Positions 23,796-33,048 of a stretch of DNA of 42,531 bases are shown here, one piece after another (the stretch's first letter is position 1; every line of letters begins with the position of its first letter). Origin of the DNA: a virus; the IMG/VR virus record IMGVR_UViG_3300009503_000008, positions 1-42,531 of that record; one strand, given 5' to 3'. The notes beneath the pieces are model-generated. The model ran no database searches. It saw nothing but the letters and a program-made list of their open reading frames with translations, and was not told the origin of the DNA. The translations under genes and the position numbers were made by a program.

Positions 23796-23827
23796 GGCTA
23801 AAACCGAAAAGGAGGTCAGTCAGCCTT

Positions 23828-24253
23828 ATGTATGGCAGCAATGAGGACAGCTTCGGCCCTACCTTGGTATCAGCGTTGATCGGCACCTTCGGCGGTTACC
23901 TTGACGGTTCGTGGGTCAAAAAGAAGCCCGGCTCGATGTGGCCGACCGTGACCCGTGCCATCGTGGGCATCGGCGGTCTCGGTACCCGCAACATGTTCCG
24001 GCGGCCGTATGTCAGCGCGACCCTGGAAGGACTCGGCTACGGCGGCCTGTACGGCACCGGCATGGCCATCGCCGCCAACACCACGACCATCGGCGGGGTA
24101 GCTCCGGGACCGTTGACGATGAATCGGACGAGTACTACCAGCACCGCCAGCTTCGTCCGTGGCAGGGGAGTGGGCGCGGCGGTGCTCCCGCCCCGCGTGA
24201 TCCAGCCGACTCCGTCTCCGCTTCGCCGGCCGGCGTTCGAGGTGGAGTACTGA
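23828..24253 (+). CDS. Gly-rich membrane-associated protein (141 aa)
   Basis: The internal ATG at 23828 follows AAAGGAGGT of the conserved leader. Translation is MYGSNEDSFGPTLVSALIGTFGGYL... Confidence 0.55.
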   Translation: MYGSNEDSFGPTLVSALIGTFGGYLDGSWVKKKPGSMWPTVTRAIVGIGGLGTRNMFRRPYVSATLEGLGYGGLYGTGMAIAANTTTIGGVAPGPLTMNRTSTTSTASFVRGRGVGAAVLPPRVIQPTPSPLRRPAFEVEY

Positions 24254-24303
24254 GGCTGCTGACTCCTTTAGCCGGGAGCTAAAACAAAGGAGATGAATTA
24301 AGA

Positions 24304-25509
24304 GTGGCCGACATCAGCAACTACATCAGCGAGATCACACTGCTCGACGTCACCGTGCCCGCCCTGGCGGCCGGGGTGCCCATCACCAGTCCGACCAGTG
24401 GATCAATCACGGTCAACGGCAGCACTATCGAAATCACACCAACTGCAACCATGCAATCCACCGCGCTGTCAAACACCCAGCGGGCCGACTGCCTGCACGT
24501 GTACTGCCTGTCGCCCGTAACGTCGCCGGGCGTCTACCCGGACTTCAGGTTCTGGTTCGTGGTGGACAAGCAGTCGATGCAGAAGTATCTGCAACTCGAC
24601 GGCAGCTACCTGTCCAACATGGCTCCGTGGCCGTGGCACACTAAGGGCGGGCCGGTGGACCGCGACGGCAAGTACGTCGGCGGCTTCCGACTGGGCAAGT
24701 CCACCAGGGCGGTCCTGGGCGCCGCGCTGACCGGCAAGCCCACCAAGAACCAGCCGCTGGAGATCACGGGGTACAAGGTGCAGACGCAACTGCAGGTGAC
24801 CGTGGTGTCCAACGCGGGCTTCACGAACCCCGAAGTGCCGGCGCGAATCATCGTCACCGGCGAGCTCCTGACCGAGGAAATGGTCGCGCAGATAGCGGCC
24901 GGCTGGAACCCGGTCGTCTTCAAGCAGACCATAGAGCGCGTCGTCGACAACAAGCAGCCGCTCTCGTTCACCCACCAGGGGCAGGTGAGCTTCCAGTCGT
25001 GGAACACCCTCCCCGGCGGCACCAAGCAGAGCGGACCCGTCGTCAACCGCCTTGGTCGGTTCGCCTTTAACGCGGCGGCCACCGGGACGCAGAAGCCGTT
25101 CGTGCTCACCCAGAACAATCAGTTGAACGGCAACCAGGCCAACGTGGTCGACCAGTACAGCGACCTGGGGTTCGACACGTTCACCAACGAGGGCGAGGCT
25201 TTCGACCTGAAGGGGTTCGGCTGCCGGGCGGGAACCAACCAAGCCTACCTCGGGTGGTCCATCGGCGGTAATCTGGTCCCGAACAACACGGGGTTCGACT
25301 GCACGCCCGACGTCAACCGGTTCAACTGGGGCGACCAGGCCCCGCAGGGGGCCAGCAACGGGCAGATGCTGCCCGTGCCGCGGTACCCCGGCGAACTGCT
25401 GGTCTACGGCGAGCAGGCCGTGCCGTTCATCCAGGCCGCGGGGACGGCCATCGCCGCGAACGCAAGCGAGGTCGCCATTGACGGCGTGTACTGCGAAAAG
25501 GCTGTGTGA
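24304..25509 (+). CDS. Beta-rich virion protein candidate (401 aa), possible major capsid protein
   Basis: GTG start after AAAGGAGA. The ORF is long and has high third-position GC. No family is recognised. The function is proposed only from size, position and the strong hairpin downstream of the next small gene. Confidence 0.35.
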   Translation: MADISNYISEITLLDVTVPALAAGVPITSPTSGSITVNGSTIEITPTATMQSTALSNTQRADCLHVYCLSPVTSPGVYPDFRFWFVVDKQSMQKYLQLDGSYLSNMAPWPWHTKGGPVDRDGKYVGGFRLGKSTRAVLGAALTGKPTKNQPLEITGYKVQTQLQVTVVSNAGFTNPEVPARIIVTGELLTEEMVAQIAAGWNPVVFKQTIERVVDNKQPLSFTHQGQVSFQSWNTLPGGTKQSGPVVNRLGRFAFNAAATGTQKPFVLTQNNQLNGNQANVVDQYSDLGFDTFTNEGEAFDLKGFGCRAGTNQAYLGWSIGGNLVPNNTGFDCTPDVNRFNWGDQAPQGASNGQMLPVPRYPGELLVYGEQAVPFIQAAGTAIAANASEVAIDGVYCEKAV

Positions 25510-25524
25510 AGGGGGTAGCGGATA

Positions 25525-25812
25525 ATGATCGGATACAGGACGTGTTTCATCAACACCCAGGCGACCGCCACGCAGAACCTGCCCGAGCCGGCCGCTGAAG
25601 TCCTGACGGTGATCGGGCTGGCCGGGGGCGCAACATCCATCGCTGCCACCACCTACACCGTGACCAGCAGCGCGCCGTCCACCGGCCAAGTGCAGTTCAC
25701 CGGCACTCCTGAATCGCCCAGCAACACGCTGACGTTCAGCGCCGCGCTCACCGCTAACGGGGTGCTCATGGTCATGTATCGGCCGGTCGGCACGATAGAG
25801 CCGTCGGCATAA
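25525..25812 (+). CDS. Hypothetical protein (95 aa)
   Basis: Complete ORF, tightly packed after the 401-aa gene. Confidence 0.55.
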   Translation: MIGYRTCFINTQATATQNLPEPAAEVLTVIGLAGGATSIAATTYTVTSSAPSTGQVQFTGTPESPSNTLTFSAALTANGVLMVMYRPVGTIEPSA

Positions 25813-25816
25813 GGTT

Positions 25817-25834
25817 GGGGCGGCGGGCCGCCCC
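25817..25834 (+). terminator. GC hairpin (attenuator/terminator candidate) followed by TACATA
   Basis: GGGGCGG-cggg-CCGCCCC, then tccgTACATAtttctc. Confidence 0.4.
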
Positions 25835-25895
25835 TCCGTACATATTTCTCACCGGCGAACTCCTGCAAAACGCCGAAAGGGTAAGGTGATTTACC

Positions 25896-26849
25896 ATGGC
25901 GAACATCACGGTATTCAACCAGACGCAGGCGCAGACGGCCAAGTATTGGTACGAACGCCTGATCTACACCTACGGCCCCGAAACCATCGCGTCCGGGGTC
26001 AACCCCGTGTTCAACATCCAGAGAATAAACAAAACCACAACGCCAAGCTGGATGGCGGTGCTGTCGCGCCTGGCCGTGAGTCAGTCCGCCCAGGTGGCGC
26101 TCGACTTCTCCTTCGACGGCCAGTCGATCCATGCGTCCGCATTTCAGGGATTCACCGACGCTGCCATCGCTGGCGTGCGGACTGACCGGCTGTTCATTCC
26201 GGCCGTCAGGAACATCGCCATGCAGGCGGTGAATTCCGGAGCGCCGGTTGCGAACTTCCAACTCACCTTCCAAGCCGAGATGCGCAAGCTGTCCATAGCC
26301 GAAAAGATTCTGCGCGGAATACAACTCACTCCCGACGAACATGCTATCGCGGCCGACGTCGGGGTGGCTCCCCTGGTGGCCAAGGGAACGGCCCCGATAC
26401 CATGGGAGGCGCAGATGGATCGCACCTACCGGAACAGGATCATTTATGAGGACGTGCGGTTGCTCCACGTCGACTCGTCGAGTACCGACCAGTCGTTCCT
26501 GACGATCCAAACGCAGAGTTCGGACGAGTTCTTGGTGTTACGCGAACTGGCCATCGAGGGCGGGGCGGCCGTGACCGTATCGGTTGACCGTGACGACGAC
26601 AGTAACTACATGGGTGTGAATGGAGCGGCCTTCGTTCAGGCCGACGACGCCCCTTGGGACGTATTCGTGCCGGCGATGCAGTACCTCACATTCCACGCCC
26701 AGAGTGCGACCAACCTGACCGGCGTGCCGATCAGGGCCAGGGTATGGCACTGCACGCTCTCCAACATCTTACGGGTGCGTTTCGGCCTGGCCGGGAAGGG
26801 CGACGTGCCGGACAGCGTGTACGAAAAGGCACTGGCGGGGGTGGCGTGA
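25896..26849 (+). CDS. Beta-rich virion protein candidate (317 aa)
   Basis: Complete ORF after GGGTAAGGTG. No family is recognised. Confidence 0.55.
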   Translation: MANITVFNQTQAQTAKYWYERLIYTYGPETIASGVNPVFNIQRINKTTTPSWMAVLSRLAVSQSAQVALDFSFDGQSIHASAFQGFTDAAIAGVRTDRLFIPAVRNIAMQAVNSGAPVANFQLTFQAEMRKLSIAEKILRGIQLTPDEHAIAADVGVAPLVAKGTAPIPWEAQMDRTYRNRIIYEDVRLLHVDSSSTDQSFLTIQTQSSDEFLVLRELAIEGGAAVTVSVDRDDDSNYMGVNGAAFVQADDAPWDVFVPAMQYLTFHAQSATNLTGVPIRARVWHCTLSNILRVRFGLAGKGDVPDSVYEKALAGVA

Positions 26850-27583
26850 TGGCCCTGACCCAGCAGCAGATAAAAGCCTTCACGTCCCTGAAGGCCAAAC
26901 TGTTCGGCACCGGTGGCGAACTCCTCACAGGGGAGCAGGACATACTGCTGACCCTCGTGACTATATCGGATCAGTTATCCGCTCTGACAACGGCGCTGAC
27001 CGGCATCGTGCCGGAGAACGTTACCGTCAACGTCACGGGCGGTACCAACACCATCGAGGAACCGGTCGTGCCTACGGTGCCGTCTGTTGTGATTTCCTGG
27101 GACCCGCATCGACTGGATGAAATTATTCTGCTCACAGAAGACCTGCAGGGCAGCGTGTCGGACACGGTAACACAGTTTCCGCTCACCATCCCGGCAGCCA
27201 GCGGGGGAGTGAACGGGTCGGTCACGGTGTCGATCCCTCCGCCGCCGCAGAGCGCGGCCAAGCTGTTCGGTCCGTTGGTGATCACCACGGACAGCGTCGG
27301 TGCACAGATGTCCATCGCGGCGACTGTGGACGGGCACAATGTGATCGGGGAGCAGGGATTTGTGTTGGGGCCGTCCACTGAGATCGCGTTCCATCAGTTC
27401 ACCGTGGCCACCCAGACGGGTATGGCGTTCACCATATCCAACCCGAGCACCGCCCCCGTGACGATATATTTTAAGGCCGAATTGATGATAATGACCATGG
27501 CTTTCTACAATTCCATTTACCATCCGATAATAGAGAGTGCGTTTAAATATGTGCGAAAATTCTTCGGGGTCTCAGCCAGTTGA
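26849..27583 (+). CDS. Hypothetical protein (244 aa)
   Basis: Its ATG overlaps the previous stop (TGATG). Translation is MALTQQQIKAFTSLKAKLFG... The upstream part of track ORF 26654.. is off-frame over the previous gene. Confidence 0.6.
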   Translation: MALTQQQIKAFTSLKAKLFGTGGELLTGEQDILLTLVTISDQLSALTTALTGIVPENVTVNVTGGTNTIEEPVVPTVPSVVISWDPHRLDEIILLTEDLQGSVSDTVTQFPLTIPAASGGVNGSVTVSIPPPPQSAAKLFGPLVITTDSVGAQMSIAATVDGHNVIGEQGFVLGPSTEIAFHQFTVATQTGMAFTISNPSTAPVTIYFKAELMIMTMAFYNSIYHPIIESAFKYVRKFFGVSAS

Positions 27584-27589
27584 GGAGGA

Positions 27590-27820
27590 ATGGTCGTGAC
27601 TACGTATGTCTGTACCACCCACAACGTGCAGGTTGTGGTTAATGGCAATCAGCGGACCATAAAGATGCCTCCGCCTTTTGGACCGGGAGCGCCGCCTATT
27701 TACCCCGCCGCGCAGTGCGCTCTGCTTACCGCCATGGATGTTCAGGCCGGCGTGATGCGGCGCGTGGGGCCGAACGGTAGCCCGCTGGCCGGCGAGTGCG
27801 AAGTGGTGGAGGTGGGCTAG
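27590..27820 (+). CDS. Hypothetical protein (76 aa)
   Basis: Follows a GAGGAGGA SD. The start is ATG 27590 or GTG 27596. Confidence 0.5.
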   Translation: MVVTTYVCTTHNVQVVVNGNQRTIKMPPPFGPGAPPIYPAAQCALLTAMDVQAGVMRRVGPNGSPLAGECEVVEVG

Positions 27821-28510
27821 ATGCCGGGTACTATTGAGCAAGGTGACCTAATAGCGGCGCTGGGACGGGGGAGGGCAACCTTCGTCGGGCATATCGGGAG
27901 TGGCGCGACCACGACCACAATCCCGCTGGCCGACCTCAATCTTGGGACGGCCAACCTCGCCGGTGACTTCGTGCTTCTTGACGGCGGCGCTTTGGGATCG
28001 GGCAGCGTGCCGCAGGTGGCGGTGATCTCCTCAAACACGGCGACATCCCTGACGGTACCTGCGTTGTCGGCGGCTCCGGGGGCGGGGTACGCAGTGTGGA
28101 TATTCACCACGGCCACGATCAATGCGAACGTGGCGGAGAACATAGCCCAGGTTGGCGGGCAGAACGTGCCGACCTACGCCGGGACTCCAACCGTACCGAC
28201 GGCCGGGACCGTGCTCACGGCGGTGCCAGAAGGTTCGGCGGCAAGCATCGCCGCCAACGGAAACATAGTCTCGTTCACCCCTACGGCGAACGGCTTGGTG
28301 CGAGCGCGGTTCACGCTGTCGGTGGCCTCGGTCGTCAACCTCGCCGTCAACGGCACGTCGCAGGGCGGCATTGAAAATGGCTCGACCATCCCGGCCGGGT
28401 CGCCGCAAACAATTACCTTCCCGGTGCAGTCCGGGCAGACATACGCATTGCAGGTGGCTACAGCGCAGACATCTACGGTATACTTCATGGCTCAGGTGGT
28501 GATCGGGTAA
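27821..28510 (+). CDS. Hypothetical virion-associated protein (229 aa)
   Basis: Complete ORF, coupled by start/stop overlap to both neighbours. Confidence 0.55.
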   Translation: MPGTIEQGDLIAALGRGRATFVGHIGSGATTTTIPLADLNLGTANLAGDFVLLDGGALGSGSVPQVAVISSNTATSLTVPALSAAPGAGYAVWIFTTATINANVAENIAQVGGQNVPTYAGTPTVPTAGTVLTAVPEGSAASIAANGNIVSFTPTANGLVRARFTLSVASVVNLAVNGTSQGGIENGSTIPAGSPQTITFPVQSGQTYALQVATAQTSTVYFMAQVVIG

Positions 28511-30348
28511 TGCCGGGCATAGGAGGGGCTTTGCCACCGTTGCAGGGATTTCTGGCATCGAGTATTGACCCGGCAAGGCGGTCGGCGGTGGCACAGAACG
28601 AATTGGGCTTGGCTGTCGACGTTGTTCGTGACTACAATGCTAGCGGATCGGCACAGTCAACGACCGGGAGCATTTCCGCCGGGTCGAACGTCTTGACACT
28701 GGCAAGTGCGATTGACTTCAAGAACGGACAGGGTATCTCCATCGCCAACGCCGGTCCCATGCCAACCATTTCGGCACCGACAGCGGCAACCGCCACGGCG
28801 GAAGGGACAACCGGATCAACCACCATCGGCTACGCTGTGGCCGCATTGGACGGCAAAGGTGGGGTCACTGCTTCGTTCGCTTTTTCGGTGACAAACGCCA
28901 ATGCCACATTGTCATCAACGAATTACGTAGCCTTATCCGTTACCGCCGTAACAAATGCGGCGGGTTATGCATGGTACAGGACTTCCACCAACGGTACAAG
29001 TCCGACGACAACGGGATTTATCGGCGTTACCTCTGGGACTTCGTTGAACGATACCGGACTTGCGGTTATTACGCCTCCGATTGGAGTACCTGCTTCCGCA
29101 CCTTCATCAGCTCTTGGTGACTTATTGGTAACCAGCATTACGGCAGGGGCGGGGACAACCATTCTGACCCTTGCGGCAAGTGCGTCAACAACCGTCACCG
29201 GGGCGGCAGTCAACCACAACGACACGGCGGCGATTCAGGCGGCATTCGCGGCAAGCCTACGGGTCCATGTCCCACAGGGCATCTATAACATGTCTGGTAC
29301 GGTTACACCACAACTTGGCACCTTCTTGGAATGCGAGTCCGGAGCTATTTTTGACGGTACAAATGCGCCAGGAGATGCCTTTCAGCTAGTATCTGGCAAT
29401 TGGAATTCGCGTCTGCGTTTTGGTAAAATACAAAACTATCTTTTCGGTGCGGCTATTCATGCCTTGCCTGGTGCCTCAGTAGCTGACGTCTGGTTTGACC
29501 ACCTGAAGGCAAATAAAGACGGTTTGCTTATTGAGTCCAGTTCTGCTGGTAACTCCCTTGATGATAACTGGTCGGGTATATGGATAACAAGTAGCACGTA
29601 TGCCGCAATCCATATCAAGGCTACCAATTCATCTGATGCTATTCAGGGGCATATATTTAGAATCAATTTACTTGATATCAACCTACACAGTATTCTATTT
29701 GATGCTCCAAGTGGCATTACTCCATCATGGAATACCAATGTATTTCATATCCCCGTAGTAGATGGCGGTAACATCGCTAGTAGTACCGGCATTTCGACTA
29801 CAAATAGCAATGGCGTCCAGGGATGTACATTTAATTGTGAAGGATTCTTTGGAGGATTCAAAGGTTATTACGTAAACCTGAACGGTTCCAATAATAACCA
29901 ATTTAAGTTGGCACTAAATACTGCCGTAACAGCAACTACCTTCATCGTAGTCGGAGTAGGTAATAAGATATTAAGTCCTAATTTTATCGAAACACCTGCA
30001 ATAAACACAACACCTATTGCTATGGCTACAGCAAGCGGAAGTCAAGCCAGTTTTAACGGCGGTGCATTGCTTAATTGTTTTAGGGCGCATCTTAGTATAA
30101 CGGTAGGGGCGCTCTCGGCAGGAGCGACGGCGGATTTCTATGCCTACCATGCTTTTACGCAGGGATACGGAAGCCTGGTCAGGGCCTTTCCAAGGTGGAA
30201 TGTACCGCTTATTATCTTGACAGCCGAAGATGAAAGCATAATAGCAGGAACGGATGGGAATACATCGGCAAATCAGATACACATTAGGGTATATGCGGTG
30301 GCGGCGGTGCCGGCGGGAACGTATAACATTGACTTAGAGGTTGAATGA
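28510..30348 (+). CDS. Right-handed beta-helix (pectate-lyase-superfamily) spike / depolymerase-like protein (612 aa)
   Basis: NHNDTAAIQAAFAASLRVHVPQGIYNMSGTV matches the Pectate_lyase_3 N-terminal motif (dDt.AiQaA......v.vP.G.Y). The remainder is repetitive and N/G/S/T-rich. GC content drops in the C-terminal two-thirds. Confidence 0.6.
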   Translation: MPGIGGALPPLQGFLASSIDPARRSAVAQNELGLAVDVVRDYNASGSAQSTTGSISAGSNVLTLASAIDFKNGQGISIANAGPMPTISAPTAATATAEGTTGSTTIGYAVAALDGKGGVTASFAFSVTNANATLSSTNYVALSVTAVTNAAGYAWYRTSTNGTSPTTTGFIGVTSGTSLNDTGLAVITPPIGVPASAPSSALGDLLVTSITAGAGTTILTLAASASTTVTGAAVNHNDTAAIQAAFAASLRVHVPQGIYNMSGTVTPQLGTFLECESGAIFDGTNAPGDAFQLVSGNWNSRLRFGKIQNYLFGAAIHALPGASVADVWFDHLKANKDGLLIESSSAGNSLDDNWSGIWITSSTYAAIHIKATNSSDAIQGHIFRINLLDINLHSILFDAPSGITPSWNTNVFHIPVVDGGNIASSTGISTTNSNGVQGCTFNCEGFFGGFKGYYVNLNGSNNNQFKLALNTAVTATTFIVVGVGNKILSPNFIETPAINTTPIAMATASGSQASFNGGALLNCFRAHLSITVGALSAGATADFYAYHAFTQGYGSLVRAFPRWNVPLIILTAEDESIIAGTDGNTSANQIHIRVYAVAAVPAGTYNIDLEVE

Positions 30349-31269
30349 TGATTTAACCGCAAGCCATTCATTTCGACTCGCGCCATGCTTTGCTAATTTA
30401 TTGAACAACTCGGCATCTTTAGCGTAGCATTCAGCCTCTTCATACGAACCATCTGACATAGCAGCATCATGGCGGGCACGACTTGTACGGGCAAAACGGG
30501 GAGCAAGCAACTCACGGCCCCAATAGTATTTAGCGCCATGATTGTCTCCCCAAAAGGTGAAGCAAAGATCGGCAAATTTAATCATACTTTTGTGGGCACG
30601 TTCACGGGTAAAAGAAGCATTGCTGTCATGGTGTCGCCAAGCAGTAATTGAACGGTCAACGTAGGCGCATCCACGCATCCAAATTAGACGAGTGAATAGA
30701 TAATCATCCTCATATCCACAAAGTTGCTCAGGAAAACCGCCTTGAAATAAGGCAAAATCGCGGTCAATCATAGCAGCGGAAGGAAAGATCAGTAGATCAT
30801 AACCAAGACAAGAAGGGAGATTTTTCTTGGGATTCGGTGTACCGGGAACATTTTTATGTAGCCGTGAAATAATGATTTTGCCGTTGGCGTCAACTTCGTC
30901 AATGTCACCGTAAACCATACTGGCACCCGGTTTTTGACCAAGGGCGCGAACCAGCCATTCAAGGTGGCGAGAACACCAAATATCATCCTGGTCAAGAAAT
31001 GCAACGTATGTAGATTTGGTTTCACGCATACCCCGGTTCCTGGCTGCTGACTGACCGGCGTTCTCCTGGCGAATTTTGACCACAGGAAAGGGAAATTCCA
31101 GACCATCCAGGACGGACAGGGAATCATCGGTGGAGCCATCGTCAACGAGGATCAATTCAACGGGCGGGAGGGTTTGGGCGATGACGCTCTCGACCGCCTC
31201 TCGCAGGAACCGGCGGCCGTTGTAGATGGGAATGATGGCAGAGATGGCGGGTTTGAATGTTTCACTCAT
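30334..31269 (-). CDS. Family-2 glycosyltransferase (311 aa), an opposite-strand moron
   Basis: ISAIIPIYNGRRFLREAVESVIAQT...ELILVDDGSTDDS...FLDQDD carries the GT-A/GT2 signatures. GC content is lower than the backbone. Confidence 0.85.
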   Translation of the reverse strand: MSETFKPAISAIIPIYNGRRFLREAVESVIAQTLPPVELILVDDGSTDDSLSVLDGLEFPFPVVKIRQENAGQSAARNRGMRETKSTYVAFLDQDDIWCSRHLEWLVRALGQKPGASMVYGDIDEVDANGKIIISRLHKNVPGTPNPKKNLPSCLGYDLLIFPSAAMIDRDFALFQGGFPEQLCGYEDDYLFTRLIWMRGCAYVDRSITAWRHHDSNASFTRERAHKSMIKFADLCFTFWGDNHGAKYYWGRELLAPRFARTSRARHDAAMSDGSYEEAECYAKDAELFNKLAKHGASRNEWLAVKSSFNL

Positions 31270-31298
31270 AGGGTAGCCCCCTTGGAATTAGTTGACTA

Positions 31299-31328
31299 AT
31301 TATATCTCCCTATAAGAGGGACCGTCAA
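31299..31328 (-). promoter_or_regulatory. Sigma70 promoter for the GT2 gene (TTGACG-18-TATAAT)
   Basis: The minus strand reads TTGACGgtccctcttatagggagaTATAAT, then AAGGGGG and the ATG at 31269. Confidence 0.55.
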
Positions 31329-31348
31329 ATTGTAAAGGGGTGGAAATC

Positions 31349-32011
31349 ATGGATCTCCAAAAAGGCTCCATCGGCTGGCTCGTTAAAATGCTCCAGGAGG
31401 ATCTCTGCCTAGTGGGGTACCCGGTTACCGTGGACGGTATCTTCGGCCCGCTGACCGAAGCGGCGGTCAAGGACTTCCAAGCCAAGCAGGGGATCACGGT
31501 TGACGGCATCGTTGGGCCGATCACCTGGGGCAAGATGGAAGACGCGATCAACGCCAAGATAGCTGAACGTAACCAGGCACATAACCAGGACAACCACAAA
31601 CTACTAGGTACAATCAGCGGCCAGGTGGTGGGTGATGCCTTCTATTTCGGGTTGCCGGTAAAAAACAGCGGTGGCACGTTCGAGAACGTCCTGTTCCTCT
31701 GCGACACCGGGGCTTTTGAGATGCTCCTTACCGCCGGCGTTGCGCAGAGCCTTGGCCTGCCCAACCAAGGGCCAATCGAGATTTCTGGTGTCGGCGGTGC
31801 GCAAAACGCCTACAACACGACCGCGACCTTCAAGCTGGGTGACAACGAGTTTACCACCCCGGCGGTTGTGGACGAAAGTACGTCATTCGGTATAAACCTG
31901 TTTGGTCTGCGGTTCAGCGTGGAAAACCAGCTAACCCTGCAACTGGATCTGCAGGCGCGGACGCTATCGTTCTACGCCTACGTGGTGCCGCAATCGGGAA
32001 ACGCAAACTGA
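31349..32011 (+). CDS. Peptidoglycan-binding domain fused to a retropepsin-like aspartic protease domain
   Basis: The PG_binding_1 pattern is GWLVKMLQEDLCLVGYPVTVDGIFGPLTEAAVKDFQAKQGITVDGIVGPITW. The C-terminal FLCDTGAFEMLLTAGVAQSLGLP contains the DTGA motif. The start is ATG 31349 (SD AAGGGGTGG) or GTG 31340. Confidence 0.65.
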   Translation: MDLQKGSIGWLVKMLQEDLCLVGYPVTVDGIFGPLTEAAVKDFQAKQGITVDGIVGPITWGKMEDAINAKIAERNQAHNQDNHKLLGTISGQVVGDAFYFGLPVKNSGGTFENVLFLCDTGAFEMLLTAGVAQSLGLPNQGPIEISGVGGAQNAYNTTATFKLGDNEFTTPAVVDESTSFGINLFGLRFSVENQLTLQLDLQARTLSFYAYVVPQSGNAN

Positions 32012-32086
32012 GGCGGAGACAAGGCCACAAACTGCGCCTCACTTGGGTTGCGGACATCATTCTTGACCCGTGGAGGAGGGATTGAC

Positions 32087-32848
32087 GTGCTGATCCCAAA
32101 GACGATACAACCCGGTTGGGTCGGGTTTGACACCGACACCAAGCTGACCGCAGACGTGTGCGGTGCGCTCCGGTCATACGGTTACCGGTTCGCCGTGCGC
32201 TACCTGTCCATCGGCCCGGAATGCGCCCCCAATGATCTTGACCACGACGAGATGGTCACCATCACCCAGGCGGGACTCGCGCTCATGGCCGTGCAACACG
32301 TGCGGTTCCCCGGTTGGCGGCCAGTGAAAGCCCTAGGCATGTCCGACGGCGCGAACGCCGTGACCCATGCGCTGAACGCTGGCTTGATCGCCGGGGTGTC
32401 GGTCTGGAACGACCTTGAGGGTGTCCAGCAGCCGTACGTCAGTCAAAACATCATCGACTACCTGGAGGCGTGGTACGATCAGGTGCGCAGGCCCGCCTAC
32501 CTACCCGGACAGTATGTTGGTGTCAATTGTGGCCTAACCGGCGAGCAGTTGTGGAACCTGTCCGTCACTCGGTACTGGAAGTCCGCCGGCGATGTGCCAG
32601 ATGTGCCGAATCGGGGATACTGCATGGTTCAAAGCCTTGTTCCCGGCACGGTGGCCGGAATCTCCATTGACCGCGATGAGGTGTGCCAGGATAATCTTGG
32701 TGGGTTACCAGTTGGCATGGTGGACGACATTGCCTGGCAGCGGGCGGAGGATCGGGCCGTGACGGCAGACATCCAGGCCAATCTCGATCAGGCGGTGAAG
32801 CTGATCCAGACGGTGAGGGGCAGGATCGCCGGGCTCGTTCCGGCTTGA
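32087..32848 (+). CDS. Rv2525c-like / DUF1906 glycoside-hydrolase-like domain protein (endolysin candidate)
   Basis: GFDTDTKLTADVCGALRSYGYRFAVRYLS...DEMVTITQAGLALMAVQH fits the DUF1906 N-terminal pattern. GTG 32087 follows GGAGGAGGG, while the track ORF starts at 32048. Confidence 0.55.
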   Translation: MLIPKTIQPGWVGFDTDTKLTADVCGALRSYGYRFAVRYLSIGPECAPNDLDHDEMVTITQAGLALMAVQHVRFPGWRPVKALGMSDGANAVTHALNAGLIAGVSVWNDLEGVQQPYVSQNIIDYLEAWYDQVRRPAYLPGQYVGVNCGLTGEQLWNLSVTRYWKSAGDVPDVPNRGYCMVQSLVPGTVAGISIDRDEVCQDNLGGLPVGMVDDIAWQRAEDRAVTADIQANLDQAVKLIQTVRGRIAGLVPA

Positions 32849-32861
32849 GGTGGTGCCGGCC

Positions 32862-33023
32862 GTGACCCTGACCATGTGTCCACAATGCTGGTGTCAGGAA
32901 AGGGAGGAATACCCGCTGATGAGCGGCCAGGTGATGGTTCGCTGCCGGCGGTGCGGGTACGTGTTCGATGTGGTCTGGGCGGAACAAACGGCGGATACGA
33001 GTTCCGCCCAGACGCCCGTATGA
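32862..33023 (+). CDS. Small Zn-ribbon protein (53 aa)
   Basis: GTG 32862 follows GAGGTGGTG. Translation is VTLTMCPQCWCQEREEYPLMSGQVMVRCRRCGYVFDVVW... It is below the ORF-track cutoff in this frame. Confidence 0.4.
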   Translation: MTLTMCPQCWCQEREEYPLMSGQVMVRCRRCGYVFDVVWAEQTADTSSAQTPV

Positions 33024-33048
33024 TAAGCGTGATGAAGGAGGTATCGGT

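Noticed and set aside
24469-25689. 406-aa minus-strand ORF opposite the 401-aa late gene (similarly 25653..26510, 36534..37340, 16275..17297 and 4173..4937)
   Set aside because: These are antisense or off-frame ORFs covering better-supported genes. Their composition is extreme (R/G/P/H) and no SD-start pairing is present.
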